A stretch of 64,000 bases of DNA from a bacterium. Lineage in GTDB: Bacteria > Patescibacteriota > Minisyncoccia > Phycocordibacterales > UBA6899. Below are positions 44,665 through 53,949 of the stretch, piece by piece. Both the position numbers and the translations under genes were made by a program. Under the pieces are notes generated by a model, which was not told where the DNA came from, ran no database searches, and saw only the letters and a list, made by a program, of their open reading frames with translations. Location of the stretch: positions 101,467 through 165,466 of the forward strand of contig JAYUQG010000019.1 of the NCBI GenBank assembly GCA_043756865.1, given 5' to 3'. Every line of letters starts with the position of its first letter. The first letter of the stretch is position 1.

Positions 44665-45543
44665 ATGAAATCAAAAAACATATTTGGGCAGATGTTGCTC
44701 ATTGTCAGCCTTATCAGCCTTGGAGTGTTTGCGACAGCCCCAACTTTAGTGTTAGCCTCCACATTCATAACAAACCTCCAACTGGGCAGCAATGAGGCCG
44801 GTGTAAAAGATCTGCAAATGCTCTTGAACATGAGCACTGACACACAAGTTGCAGTAGTGGGTGCCGGATCACCGGGTAATGAAACAACATACTTCGGACA
44901 AGCAACAAAAGCTGCGGTTATTAAATTCCAAAACAAATATGCCCTAGAGATTCTTACGCCAGCTGGCTTAACTAAGGGCACCGGCTTTGTCGGTAAACTC
45001 ACTCGCGTAAAGTTGGGCATGATGAACAGACCAGTACAGCTGATTGAAAACGTCGTCATGCTCCCCAAACAAGAACCTGTAAGTATCGGGTTGCCGACGC
45101 GACTCAAAATTCCCTCACTCGCCATCGACACTTCTTTCGAGTTTGCCGGTCTTACGCCAGAGGGAGCAATGGATGCGCCGAAGGGTCCTACTGCTGTGGC
45201 GTGGTTTAAACTCGGTCCGCGACCAGGAGATGCGGGCAGTGCTGTAATTTCCGGACACTATGGCTGGAAAAATAGCATACCTGCGGTATTTGATAATTTG
45301 CACACGTTGGTAAAAGGAGACAAACTCTACGTTCTCGATGAACGCGGGGCGACCACTACTTTCATCGTGCGCGAATTGCGAACCTACGGGGCGCAAGACG
45401 ATGCCTCGGACGTGTTTGGTTCTAGTGACGGGAAGTCACATCTAAATCTCATTACCTGTAAGGGAATTTGGAACAAGAATGAAAAAAGTTACTCGGAGCG
45501 ACTCGTCGTATTTGCTGATAAAAATATAGATGAGAGTTTGTAG
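44665..45543 (+). CDS. Sortase (transpeptidase) with an N-terminal TM segment and a PG_binding_1 domain
   Basis: [20 protein letters not shown]...[17 protein letters not shown] is a PG-binding domain. Catalytic region AVISGHYGW...[17 protein letters not shown]...HLNLITCKG (TLXTC-type Cys). Confidence 0.8.
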   Translation: MKSKNIFGQMLLIVSLISLGVFATAPTLVLASTFITNLQLGSNEAGVKDLQMLLNMSTDTQVAVVGAGSPGNETTYFGQATKAAVIKFQNKYALEILTPAGLTKGTGFVGKLTRVKLGMMNRPVQLIENVVMLPKQEPVSIGLPTRLKIPSLAIDTSFEFAGLTPEGAMDAPKGPTAVAWFKLGPRPGDAGSAVISGHYGWKNSIPAVFDNLHTLVKGDKLYVLDERGATTTFIVRELRTYGAQDDASDVFGSSDGKSHLNLITCKGIWNKNEKSYSERLVVFADKNIDESL

Positions 45544-46056
45544 AGAGTAAAACCTGACTCAACATAAGCTTGTTTTCTTGCTTCTCTAGAAGGGTGAGCG
45601 GATGCTTCTTTGTTCCTTTTGTCGATGCACGCATTGGGGTGTTGTTTTTCGATACAGCGAAATCCCGTATACCCACACACCAACTAATCGGTGGAATAGC
45701 GAGGAAGAGCGGTTCCTTGTTGGTCAGCTGCTTGTCATGTCACCTTCCTGCTTTGGTGGAAGACATCCAGAGGTTGCGGTTCGTGTTTAGCTGAGGATAC
45801 ATGCGCATTCGCGAGGTAGGCGAGGCTTCTCCAGTTTTGGATAGACAAAGTATCCAGCGTATCTGTGGCGGAACGGACAGACTGCCCACTGGAGTGAATA
45901 TGCGACCACCGCGATAAGAAGTGTGAGCACAACCCAGGAAAAATAAGAGTCCGGATAATTACCTCATCATGCTCAAATTTCGTTGTTTGTCCAAGTAGTC
46001 TGGGAAGTTTTTACCATACTTGAGACACCTGCTCGAGCATGTTAGTCTGGGCGCAC

Positions 46057-47163
46057 ATGGGCCAGCAGAAACAGAAAGTATTTGTCGGAATGTCGGGTGG
46101 GGTAGACTCATCTGTATCTGCGGCGCTCCTACTGGAACAAAACTACGAAGTGGTGGGAGTGTTCATCAAGGTGTGGCAGGCTGATTTTCTTCCATGCACT
46201 TGGAGAGAAGAGCGTCGCGAGGCAATGCGCGCTGCAGCACACCTCGAAATTCCATTTCTCACGCTTGACCTTGAAAAGGAATACAAGGAAGAAGTGGTGG
46301 ACTACATGATACGTGAATACGGTGCAGGACGTGTGCCGAATCCGGACGTTATGTGCAACAAGCATGTGAAGTTTGGTGCGTTTCTCGACTTCGCAAAAAA
46401 GAACGGCGCTGATTGTATCGCGACCGGCCACTATGCACGCATCACACATGTACAAAGTCCGTCTTTGTACACTCTGCTTGCGGGGACAGATAAAGAGAAA
46501 GACCAGTCTTACTTCTTGTGGACACTGGCGCAAGCACAGTTGCAACACACACTTTTCCCTGTTGGTCACCTCAAGAAGCCTGATGTACGCGCACTAGCAA
46601 AAAAATTTGGCCTCCCTAATGCAGAAAAGAAAGACAGCCAAGGGCTCTGCTTTATGGGCGCAGTGGATATGAAAGAATTTTTGAAACACTACCTTGATAC
46701 AAAACCCGGCAAGGTGCTCGGTGCGGGCGGTACGGTAATGGGGGAGCATGACGGAGCGATGCTCTACACCATCGGGCAACGTCATGGTTTTCATACTACA
46801 AAACATACAGCAGACGCAGACCCCCTTTTCGTACTTTCCAAAGATATCGCAGCAAACACCATCACCGTGGGCAACCATGCGGAAAGCGTTTCTGCGGGTG
46901 CACACGAAGTCACCGTAGATGAAATTAATGACCCGTCGCTTACACTGCGCCGAGCAAGTGCCTCTGGAGAAATTATTTCTGCTCGCATTCGCTATCGTGG
47001 CGGCCTTTTTGACACGCAAGTGCATCTCACAACAGCAACAACAGCTCGGATAGTATTTTCACAGCCAGTTGAAGATATCGCCACAGGTCAGTCTATTGTG
47101 TTTTATCTTGGAGACGCGTGTGTTGGCGGTGGAGTTATTGCGCATGTTAGGGCTCGTACGTAA
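46057..47163 (+). CDS. mnmA: tRNA-specific 2-thiouridylase
   Basis: KVFVGMSGGVDSSVSAALL (PP-loop). ADCIATGHYARI. GLCFMG. Confidence 0.9.
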   Translation: MGQQKQKVFVGMSGGVDSSVSAALLLEQNYEVVGVFIKVWQADFLPCTWREERREAMRAAAHLEIPFLTLDLEKEYKEEVVDYMIREYGAGRVPNPDVMCNKHVKFGAFLDFAKKNGADCIATGHYARITHVQSPSLYTLLAGTDKEKDQSYFLWTLAQAQLQHTLFPVGHLKKPDVRALAKKFGLPNAEKKDSQGLCFMGAVDMKEFLKHYLDTKPGKVLGAGGTVMGEHDGAMLYTIGQRHGFHTTKHTADADPLFVLSKDIAANTITVGNHAESVSAGAHEVTVDEINDPSLTLRRASASGEIISARIRYRGGLFDTQVHLTTATTARIVFSQPVEDIATGQSIVFYLGDACVGGGVIAHVRART

Positions 47164-47330
47164 ATAGCTTCCTCAGATGGGGTGGAGTGCGCCCCGAATA
47201 CGGACACTGCAACCGAGCAAAATGTTAAATCATACTGTAAGTATGGTGCGAAATTTTGTGACCGAGTAGTGACTGTAATCGGGGATGCAGTGCGCGTCAG
47301 ATGGGGGAGTTATTTACGTACGAGCCCTTA
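47148..47330. repeat. Element bounded by 20-bp perfect inverted repeats (agggctcgtacgtaaata / tatttacgtacgagccct). The left arm is the last codons plus stop of mnmA.
   Basis: Arms at 47148-47167 and 47311-47330. The roughly 143-bp interior contains the direct sub-repeats tcagatgggg(t/g)g(ag). Confidence 0.6.
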
Positions 47331-47369
47331 GCTTGCAGTAGACGCGGTACATGCCGTATCATTATGTAA

Positions 47370-47852
47370 ATGGATAACAAGCATATCAGTAGAGACTTGT
47401 TAATTGTGCTTAGTATCGTACTCGCGGGAGCCGCCCTGTTGTACATGTATACACCCGAGGAGGAATCACCCACAGCAACCACACTCGAGAATTCAAACTT
47501 AACAACCCAAGAACCAACTATGCAAGAATCAGATCTTAAAGTCGAAGTTACAAAGCAAGGAGCAGGCGAGCCTGCGGTGAATGGAAAAACACTACTTGTG
47601 CACTACACGGGAACACTGCAGGACGGGACAGTCTTTGATTCGAGTATTCCACGAGGACAGCCGTTCCCCGTAAACTTGGGATCTGGAGAGGTTATTCGTG
47701 GATGGGAGCTTGGTCTCCTCGGCATGAAAGTGGGAGAAGAACGCACGCTGACAATCCCCCCTGAATTGGGCTATGGCAAGGATGGTTTTCCGGGAGTGAT
47801 TCCACCGAACGCAACGCTCATATTTACCGTATCGCTCCTTGGTATCAAATAA
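47370..47852 (+). CDS. FKBP-type peptidyl-prolyl cis-trans isomerase, N-terminally membrane-anchored
   Basis: GKTLLVHYTGTLQDGTVFDSS...PFPVNLGSGEVIRGWELGLLGMKVGEERTLTIPPELGYG...IPPNATLIFTVSLLGI. Confidence 0.88.
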   Translation: MDNKHISRDLLIVLSIVLAGAALLYMYTPEEESPTATTLENSNLTTQEPTMQESDLKVEVTKQGAGEPAVNGKTLLVHYTGTLQDGTVFDSSIPRGQPFPVNLGSGEVIRGWELGLLGMKVGEERTLTIPPELGYGKDGFPGVIPPNATLIFTVSLLGIK

Positions 47853-47857
47853 ACGCC

Positions 47858-48307
47858 ATGACAAAGTGGATTCTCATTATTGTGGTACTTATCTCGGGCG
47901 GCATCATGGGATACCTGTATGTTGATTTACAGCGCATGGAACAAAACATCACAACGTTGCCCGCTCCTGATGCACCGAATACCATTCGTATCGTCCACGC
48001 ATTCAAAGATGGAGTACATCGCTTTTCAGGGCAAATAAAACTTCCACACTCCTGCTATGCAGTACAAACGAACGCACTAAGAGACCCCGTAAACGCACCA
48101 CTTGAGCTGACTATTGCAGTTACCACCAAGAACAATTTGCTTGAGCAGGCAATATGTTCACAAATCACCACCCGATATCCGATCGAGGTTATTGCCGAAG
48201 CGCCAGAAAATGTGGTCAGCACTCTTCGTATTGACGATGTAGAACACCCCGTACGATTTGTGGAATCGACTTGGCAAAGCAGCGGTGGTGCCACAATGTC
48301 ACAATGA
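47858..48307 (+). CDS. Hypothetical membrane-anchored protein
   Basis: N-terminal TM (WILIIVVLISGGIMGYLYV), then a soluble domain. Confidence 0.5.
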   Translation: MTKWILIIVVLISGGIMGYLYVDLQRMEQNITTLPAPDAPNTIRIVHAFKDGVHRFSGQIKLPHSCYAVQTNALRDPVNAPLELTIAVTTKNNLLEQAICSQITTRYPIEVIAEAPENVVSTLRIDDVEHPVRFVESTWQSSGGATMSQ

Positions 48308-49155
48308 AGTCCGTCTATATTATTAAAATGTCCGGAGAGAAGGAGCTCTGGGACCCACGTAAACTTGAGCGTTCGTTACGCGCCGCAAAAGCAAACACCA
48401 AGCTCACGGGTGAGATACTGTCTCACATAGAAAAAGATCTCCGCGACGGCATGCGCACAGAAGATATCTACACACATGCATTTGTGTTACTCAAAGAATA
48501 CGACCGGCCAGCGGCAGCACAATACAGCCTGCGTAAAGCAATTATGCAGCTCGGACCGTCGGGCTTTCCGTTTGAGCGATTTGTCGCACAAATTTTAGCC
48601 GCGCAGGGGTTTCAAACAAAAGTGGGGACGCTGGTGCGAGGAGCTTGTGTAGAACACGAGGTTGATGTCGTGGCAGAAAAGGAAGATGAGCGTATTCTTG
48701 TCGAAGCAAAGTTTCATAATTCGCCTGAAACCAAGTCTGACGTGAAGGTGGCACTCTATGTGCATGCGCGTTTTCAGGATATTCAGAAGCGCATTGAAAG
48801 CCAAGGAGACAATAGGCACTTCAACCGTGCATGGCTCATCACTAATACGAATTTCACTTCACAGGCTATTCAATACGGAAGCTGTGCGGGACTCTCGCTC
48901 ACGGGATGGAACTATCCCAAAGGCCGCACACTGCAAGACTTAATTCAATCTACCCAAACACACCCAGTCACCTGTCTCACCACCCTTTCCGACCCTCAAA
49001 AGAACCGCCTACTTGAAAGTGGGGTGATTCTTTGTACCGATGTCATGAAGAATACCGAGACACTTCGGCGCATCGGGGTGAGCAACTCAAACATCAACGC
49101 TGTCGTCAAGGAGGGCGCACTACTTTGCCCGCTACCCGAGGTCGTGCCCGATTAG
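48304..49155 (+). CDS. ATP-cone domain protein fused to an Mrr-cat-like restriction-endonuclease-fold domain
   Basis: YIIKMSGEKELWDPRKLERSL...IEKDL fits the ATP-cone pattern. Central GFPFERFVAQILAAQGFQTKVGTLVRGACVEHEVDVVAEKEDERILVEAKFH resembles the Mrr-cat (D-ExK) core. ATGA start/stop overlap with the previous gene. Confidence 0.6.
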   Translation: MKSVYIIKMSGEKELWDPRKLERSLRAAKANTKLTGEILSHIEKDLRDGMRTEDIYTHAFVLLKEYDRPAAAQYSLRKAIMQLGPSGFPFERFVAQILAAQGFQTKVGTLVRGACVEHEVDVVAEKEDERILVEAKFHNSPETKSDVKVALYVHARFQDIQKRIESQGDNRHFNRAWLITNTNFTSQAIQYGSCAGLSLTGWNYPKGRTLQDLIQSTQTHPVTCLTTLSDPQKNRLLESGVILCTDVMKNTETLRRIGVSNSNINAVVKEGALLCPLPEVVPD

Positions 49156-49193
49156 GTTTGCTGATAACGCTTCAACAAGTATAATTCCTACAT

Positions 49194-49709
49194 ATGGAAC
49201 TCTTTGCAGTATCAGAGTGGGAGATTATTACACGTCTGACCGTTGCAGTCATTCTCGGTCTCTTGGTTGGAGCAGAACGCTCGCGTGTGGGAAAGCGTGC
49301 CGGTATGCGTACTTATGCACTTGTTTCACTTGGTGCCGCGCTTTTTATTGCAGTCGCGGGTATGGTGTCGTTTAAATATGCAGATACGTTTGTGTTTGAC
49401 CCGCTTCGCGTTGCTTCGCAGGTGGTGGTGGGAATTGGATTTTTGGGTGCAGGCGTTATTTTTGTGCAACGACAAGTTTTAACCGGTCTTACTACCGCTG
49501 CGGGACTTTGGGTTGTCGCTGGCATTGGCGCGGCGTGTGGCTACGGACTCTATGTCATTGCGGCATACGTTACATTTCTCACATTGGTTATTTTTGAAGT
49601 CCTTTGGTACGTCGAAGAGCGGTTTGTGCGTACAGCGCGTACGGAACTCGAAGAAGGATTTATCCAAAGCGCACGCCACCACCGCCAGCATTTTGAAGAC
49701 GAAGGATAA
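49194..49709 (+). CDS. MgtC/SapB family membrane protein
   Basis: LTVAVILGLLVGAERSRVGKRAGMRTYALVSLGAALF. Confidence 0.8.
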   Translation: MELFAVSEWEIITRLTVAVILGLLVGAERSRVGKRAGMRTYALVSLGAALFIAVAGMVSFKYADTFVFDPLRVASQVVVGIGFLGAGVIFVQRQVLTGLTTAAGLWVVAGIGAACGYGLYVIAAYVTFLTLVIFEVLWYVEERFVRTARTELEEGFIQSARHHRQHFEDEG

Positions 49710-49756
49710 ATTCGGTAGCTATTTATTTGCCCCCAATCAGTTGTAATTCATATAAC

Positions 49757-50632
49757 ATGCAGCCAACAAAACAAAAAATTAGAAAAGCCATCATCGCCGT
49801 CGCAGGAAGTGGAACGCGTTTTCTTCCCGCAACAAAAGCACAACCAAAGGAAATGCTTCCTATTGTAGACAAACCTATTGTGCAATATGTCGTAGAGGAA
49901 CTTGTAGAATCCGGCATCGAAGATATTATCCTCGTCACCAAGTGGGACAAGAAAACGCTTGAAGACCATTTCGACCGCTCGTTTGAGCTTGAACACTCGC
50001 TAGAGCAAGCAGGGAAGCTCAAGGTGCTCGGTGAGATACGGAAAATTTCATCCATGGCGAACTTCATTTATGTACGCCAAAAGGGCCCGTATGGAAACGG
50101 CACACCAATCCTCTCGGCCGCAAGTCTCTTGCACGGAGAACCGTTTGTGTTTGCGTGGGGCGACGACCTTGTCCTTTCTAAGACGCCGTTCACAAAAAAA
50201 CTTATTGAGAACTATTATACGCACGGCGCACCCGTCATTGGTGTGCAAAAGGTTCCCAAAAGTCATGTTGACCGATATGGGATTGTGAAACTCAAGGCGG
50301 GCACGCGCGAAATGGAACACGTTGTCGAGAAGCCACACATAGATAAAGCACCATCACAACTCGCGCAATTTGGAAGAATGGTACTTACACCAGAAATCGT
50401 AGCAATTCTGGGCGAAACAAGGCTTGGAAAAGGCGGCGAACTTTGGGTGACGGATGCTATCAGCGAGTATGTCAAACGGGGCGGAAAATTCATGGTTGAG
50501 GAAGTCGAAGACGGTAAGTGGCTCACCACTGGTGACCCACTCAACTACCTGAAGGCGATGATTGACTACGCACTCGAACGCGAAGATATCGGTGACGACT
50601 TCCGCAAGCACCTGAAAGGGCTTGCACTCTAG
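49757..50632 (+). CDS. galU: UTP--glucose-1-phosphate uridylyltransferase
   Basis: KAIIAVAGSGTRFLPATKAQPKEMLPIVDKPIVQYVVEE. The start is placed at the ATG at 49757, since the track begins at a TTG. Confidence 0.88.
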   Translation: MQPTKQKIRKAIIAVAGSGTRFLPATKAQPKEMLPIVDKPIVQYVVEELVESGIEDIILVTKWDKKTLEDHFDRSFELEHSLEQAGKLKVLGEIRKISSMANFIYVRQKGPYGNGTPILSAASLLHGEPFVFAWGDDLVLSKTPFTKKLIENYYTHGAPVIGVQKVPKSHVDRYGIVKLKAGTREMEHVVEKPHIDKAPSQLAQFGRMVLTPEIVAILGETRLGKGGELWVTDAISEYVKRGGKFMVEEVEDGKWLTTGDPLNYLKAMIDYALEREDIGDDFRKHLKGLAL

Positions 50633-50642
50633 CTCGCGTCCC

Positions 50643-50822
50643 AAGGGCTCTTCCATTAATAACTTACCTGTCTCGCTTCCATATTTACCCCATCTTCAAC
50701 TTTTCTTCAATCTCAAAATCTTCATCGTAACTCGGCTACGTTTCAGCTTTTGCTCAATCAGCAAAGTCGAATCTGTAGCAAATCTGAAACCGAGTCCAAG
50801 CAAGTTATTAATGGAAGTGCCC
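50643..50822. repeat. Element of about 180 bp bounded by 26-bp near-perfect terminal inverted repeats, enclosing nested hairpins
   Basis: gggctcttccattaataacttacctg at 50643-50668 against caagcaagttattaatggaagtgccc at 50797-50822, with 23 of 26 positions complementary. An internal imperfect inverted repeat pairs actcggctacgtttcag with ctgaaaccgagt, and a smaller one pairs ttttgct with agcaaag. Confidence 0.6.
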
Positions 50823-50866
50823 TAAGAATTACTGATATACTGGAGAGACGAAACTGCATACTGCTT

Positions 50867-51268
50867 ATGGAACAATACGCAAACAAAAAATATTATGGGC
50901 CGCTGGGTGCAATGCTTGTACTCCTCGTGGTTTTTGTGCTCTCGGGGATACTTTTCTTTACGCCAAGCAAAACCCCACCAAGTCCGGTGGTCACCCCCAC
51001 TGCAACAACTACCGCACCCACAGACGACATCGCAACGGCAACACCCGTCGTCGTGGAAAGCGATGACCTGAATATTAAAAAGGCACCAAAGTGCGTTATT
51101 TCCGGCTGTAGTGCGCAAATTTGCGGGGAAACAGAGATGATGTCCTCGTGTGAGTATCGCGAAATCTATCAATGCTACAAAACCGCACGCTGTGAACGCA
51201 ATACGAACGGACAGTGTGGCTGGGTAGAAGACAGTACGCTGCGCGGGTGTCTCGATTCTTATCAATAG
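50867..51268 (+). CDS. Secreted or TM-anchored cysteine-rich protein sharing the 8-Cys C-terminal module with 21097..21885
   Basis: N-terminal TM (LGAMLVLLVVFVLSGILFF). Pro/Thr linker. C-terminus KCVISGCSAQICGETEMMSSCEYREIYQCYKTARCERNTNGQCGWVEDSTLRGCL. The start is moved to the ATG after the inverted-repeat element. Confidence 0.6.
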   Translation: MEQYANKKYYGPLGAMLVLLVVFVLSGILFFTPSKTPPSPVVTPTATTTAPTDDIATATPVVVESDDLNIKKAPKCVISGCSAQICGETEMMSSCEYREIYQCYKTARCERNTNGQCGWVEDSTLRGCLDSYQ

Positions 51269-51277
51269 TTATCGCTC

Positions 51278-52723
51278 ATGGGTGCTCTACTAAAAAAATT
51301 CGGCAAGTTGTTGTTGGTTGTCATAGTATTCACGGGGTCATATCAATGGTGGAAACCCACTCCGGACTTTCTTTTAGTTGCCGATCGCACATACCTCGTC
51401 CCGGAGCGTGGCGTCACATTCTATGCAGACACAACATTCGTCGACGGAGAGGGCAAGCGGCAAATGCAGCAACAGATTTGGGACCGAGTATTCACGCTTA
51501 TCGATAACGCAGAACACTATATTCTTGCCGATGTTTTCTTGTTTAATAACTTCCAAGGAAAGACCCCAGAAACACACCGCGCCCTTTCTGGTGAGTTGGC
51601 GCAGAAACTTATAGAAAGTCGCGCAGCAAATCCCCATATTGCAATCACACTTGTGACGGACCCAATCAACACCGTGTATGAGGGAGTGGTGACTCCGAGC
51701 ATGGATGCGCTCCGCAAAGCAGGAATTGCAATCGTCGAAACAAATCTTATTCCACTTCGCGACTCAAACTTGTTGTGGAGTTCCATCTGGCGACCGTTTT
51801 TTTCTTGGTTTGGAAATTCCACTGAGGGTGGATGGCTTCCTCACCCATTTCAGGCTGACGGACCTAAAGTCTCATTGCGTTCATGGGCTGCATTACTCAA
51901 CTTTAAAGCGAATCACCGCAAGATTATTGTCGCTGACCAGCCAGATGGGAAAATGGTGACCTTTGTGACATCTGCAAATCCTCACGATGGGTCTAGCGCG
52001 CACGGCAATGTTGCACTGGAGGTTGACGACTCCATATGGAAAAGCGTAACTGAAAGCGAAAACTTGGTTGCACGTCTTCGTGACGGAGGTGTCGTGAATT
52101 ATGATGCAGGTAAAATCAAAGACGAAACAGGACTCATTACTGTGCAGCTTCTTCGCGAACAAGCTATTAAAACCAAAGTGCTCGAAACACTCAAGGGGGC
52201 GAGGCGAGGCGACTCTTTCCAACTTGCGATGTTCTACTTGAGTGACCGTACGATTATAAACAGTCTTATTGATGCGGCGAATTCCGGAGCGGATATTCGC
52301 GTCATACTTGACCCCAACAGAGATGCGTTCGGATTTGAAAAGAATGGAATACCAAATCGACCAGTTGCAAAAGAACTCGTAAGACGCTCGGGGGGAGATA
52401 TTAAAATTCGCTGGTGCGACACACACGGAGAGCAGTGCCACGCAAAACTATTTATGGGAACCACGGCAACCTCAAGTTTTATGATTGTTGGGTCTGCGAA
52501 CTTTACGCGAAGAAATCTCGATAACCACAATCTCGAAGCATCTATTATCGCTTCCGCCCCAGAGCAATTTTCGGCGCGCACTGATGCCCTCGCATATTTT
52601 AACAACATATGGGAAAACAAGGGCGGCACGTTCACGGTGGAGTATGGAAATTACGAGGACACCACATGGTGGAAATCTCCCATATACCGAATGCAGGAAC
52701 GTTCGGGTATATCATCCTTCTAA
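51278..52723 (+). CDS. Phospholipase D-family protein with two HKD motifs (cardiolipin-synthase-like) and an N-terminal TM
   Basis: NHRKIIVAD...FVTSANPHD. HAKLFMGTTATSSFMIVGSANFTRRN. Confidence 0.8.
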   Translation: MGALLKKFGKLLLVVIVFTGSYQWWKPTPDFLLVADRTYLVPERGVTFYADTTFVDGEGKRQMQQQIWDRVFTLIDNAEHYILADVFLFNNFQGKTPETHRALSGELAQKLIESRAANPHIAITLVTDPINTVYEGVVTPSMDALRKAGIAIVETNLIPLRDSNLLWSSIWRPFFSWFGNSTEGGWLPHPFQADGPKVSLRSWAALLNFKANHRKIIVADQPDGKMVTFVTSANPHDGSSAHGNVALEVDDSIWKSVTESENLVARLRDGGVVNYDAGKIKDETGLITVQLLREQAIKTKVLETLKGARRGDSFQLAMFYLSDRTIINSLIDAANSGADIRVILDPNRDAFGFEKNGIPNRPVAKELVRRSGGDIKIRWCDTHGEQCHAKLFMGTTATSSFMIVGSANFTRRNLDNHNLEASIIASAPEQFSARTDALAYFNNIWENKGGTFTVEYGNYEDTTWWKSPIYRMQERSGISSF

Positions 52724-52800
52724 TATCTACCCATAGAGGTGCAGCTAGAATAACAGTGAAATTTTGAGGCTTCACATGAAGTGCTATATACTCTCTGTAT

Positions 52801-53505
52801 ATGAGATTACTTATCAAATTGTCGGGAGAAAGCTTAAGTGCCACAACTCGTGAGGGCGACCGACGGTATGACGAAGCGACCCTCGGGAGTATCGTCGCAC
52901 AAATAAAATCACTACAGGAGGCAAAGCATCAAGTCGCGCTTGTCGTCGGAGGAGGAAATCTTTTTCGTGGACACGAACTCACGGGGAAACTTTCTATCGA
53001 ACGCCCGACCGCCGACTACATCGGAATGCTCGCCACAGTGCAGAACGCGCTCGTGTTACGAGACTATTTTATTTCAAAAGGAGTAGAAACTCGTGTCTCA
53101 TCTGCAATAACTATGCCCCAAATCTGTGAAGGATACATGCCGCGGCGCGCACTCCGACACCTCGAGAAGGGTCGGGTGGTTATTTTTGCCGCAGGACTGG
53201 GTGTGCCGTACTTCACTACTGACTCCACCTCTGTACAACGCGCGCTTGAAATGAAAGCGGACTTACTCGTCATGGCAAAAAATGGAGTAAATGGACTATA
53301 TACGGGTGACCCTGACACCGACCCAAAAGCAGAGTTCATAAAAAGAATTACTGCGGCAGAAGTGCTGGAGAAGAACCTCAAGGCTGCAGACCAGTCCGCA
53401 ATCGCTCTTGCGAAAGAACACAATCTCACCATTAAAATTGTCGGTGTGCCGGACATCGCACATGCCCTTGATGCTTCTATCGGCTCAATTATTTCACCAA
53501 ACTAA
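52801..53505 (+). CDS. pyrH: UMP kinase
   Basis: LIKLSGESL...ALVVGGGNLFRG...RVVIFAAGLGVPYFTTDSTSVQRALEMKADLLVMAKNGVNGLYTGDP. Confidence 0.92.
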   Translation: MRLLIKLSGESLSATTREGDRRYDEATLGSIVAQIKSLQEAKHQVALVVGGGNLFRGHELTGKLSIERPTADYIGMLATVQNALVLRDYFISKGVETRVSSAITMPQICEGYMPRRALRHLEKGRVVIFAAGLGVPYFTTDSTSVQRALEMKADLLVMAKNGVNGLYTGDPDTDPKAEFIKRITAAEVLEKNLKAADQSAIALAKEHNLTIKIVGVPDIAHALDASIGSIISPN

Positions 53506-53510
53506 ATACT

Positions 53511-53945
53511 ATGCCAAAAGCACAAGAATCAAAACCGACGTCTGATTATACGCCAGAGTATATGCCCACCAAAGAAACGCAGCGCGCAATATATCTCGCT
53601 GGCCTGCATGATATGGAAACGTACCTAGGGGGGCTTGAAAAGAAAATAATGGGCGACATTGAAGGTGCGCTCCCAACAATTGGTGCGGTTGAGCTTGCGC
53701 CACTTATCAAGCGTGCGCGAACAATTATTCATGAACTCTCAAGCGACGAACATATCGTAGGAGAGCTTGAATTAGCACTCAGCACAGAACTCAATGATGT
53801 CACGCAAGATATAGCTTTCAAAACAACACAGTGGGCTAGGCAACAAAACGAGAGGGTTGTCGGTGCGATTTTTGGCAATGAACCAGTGACGACTGAATCT
53901 TCGGTCGTTATTCCGCCGGATTGGGATAAAGAAGCGAAACAATAA
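53511..53945 (+). CDS. Hypothetical protein, located where frr usually follows pyrH
   Basis: No similarity to the ribosome recycling factor consensus. Acidic helical protein. Confidence 0.5.
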   Translation: MPKAQESKPTSDYTPEYMPTKETQRAIYLAGLHDMETYLGGLEKKIMGDIEGALPTIGAVELAPLIKRARTIIHELSSDEHIVGELELALSTELNDVTQDIAFKTTQWARQQNERVVGAIFGNEPVTTESSVVIPPDWDKEAKQ

Positions 53946-53949
53946 CAAT

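Noticed and set aside
45810-45860. tmRNA-like 5' motif (gaggcttctccagttttggatagaca)
   Set aside because: No tRNA-like 3' domain (TTCGAATCC...CCA), no tag-peptide reading frame, and too little flanking non-coding sequence for a tmRNA.
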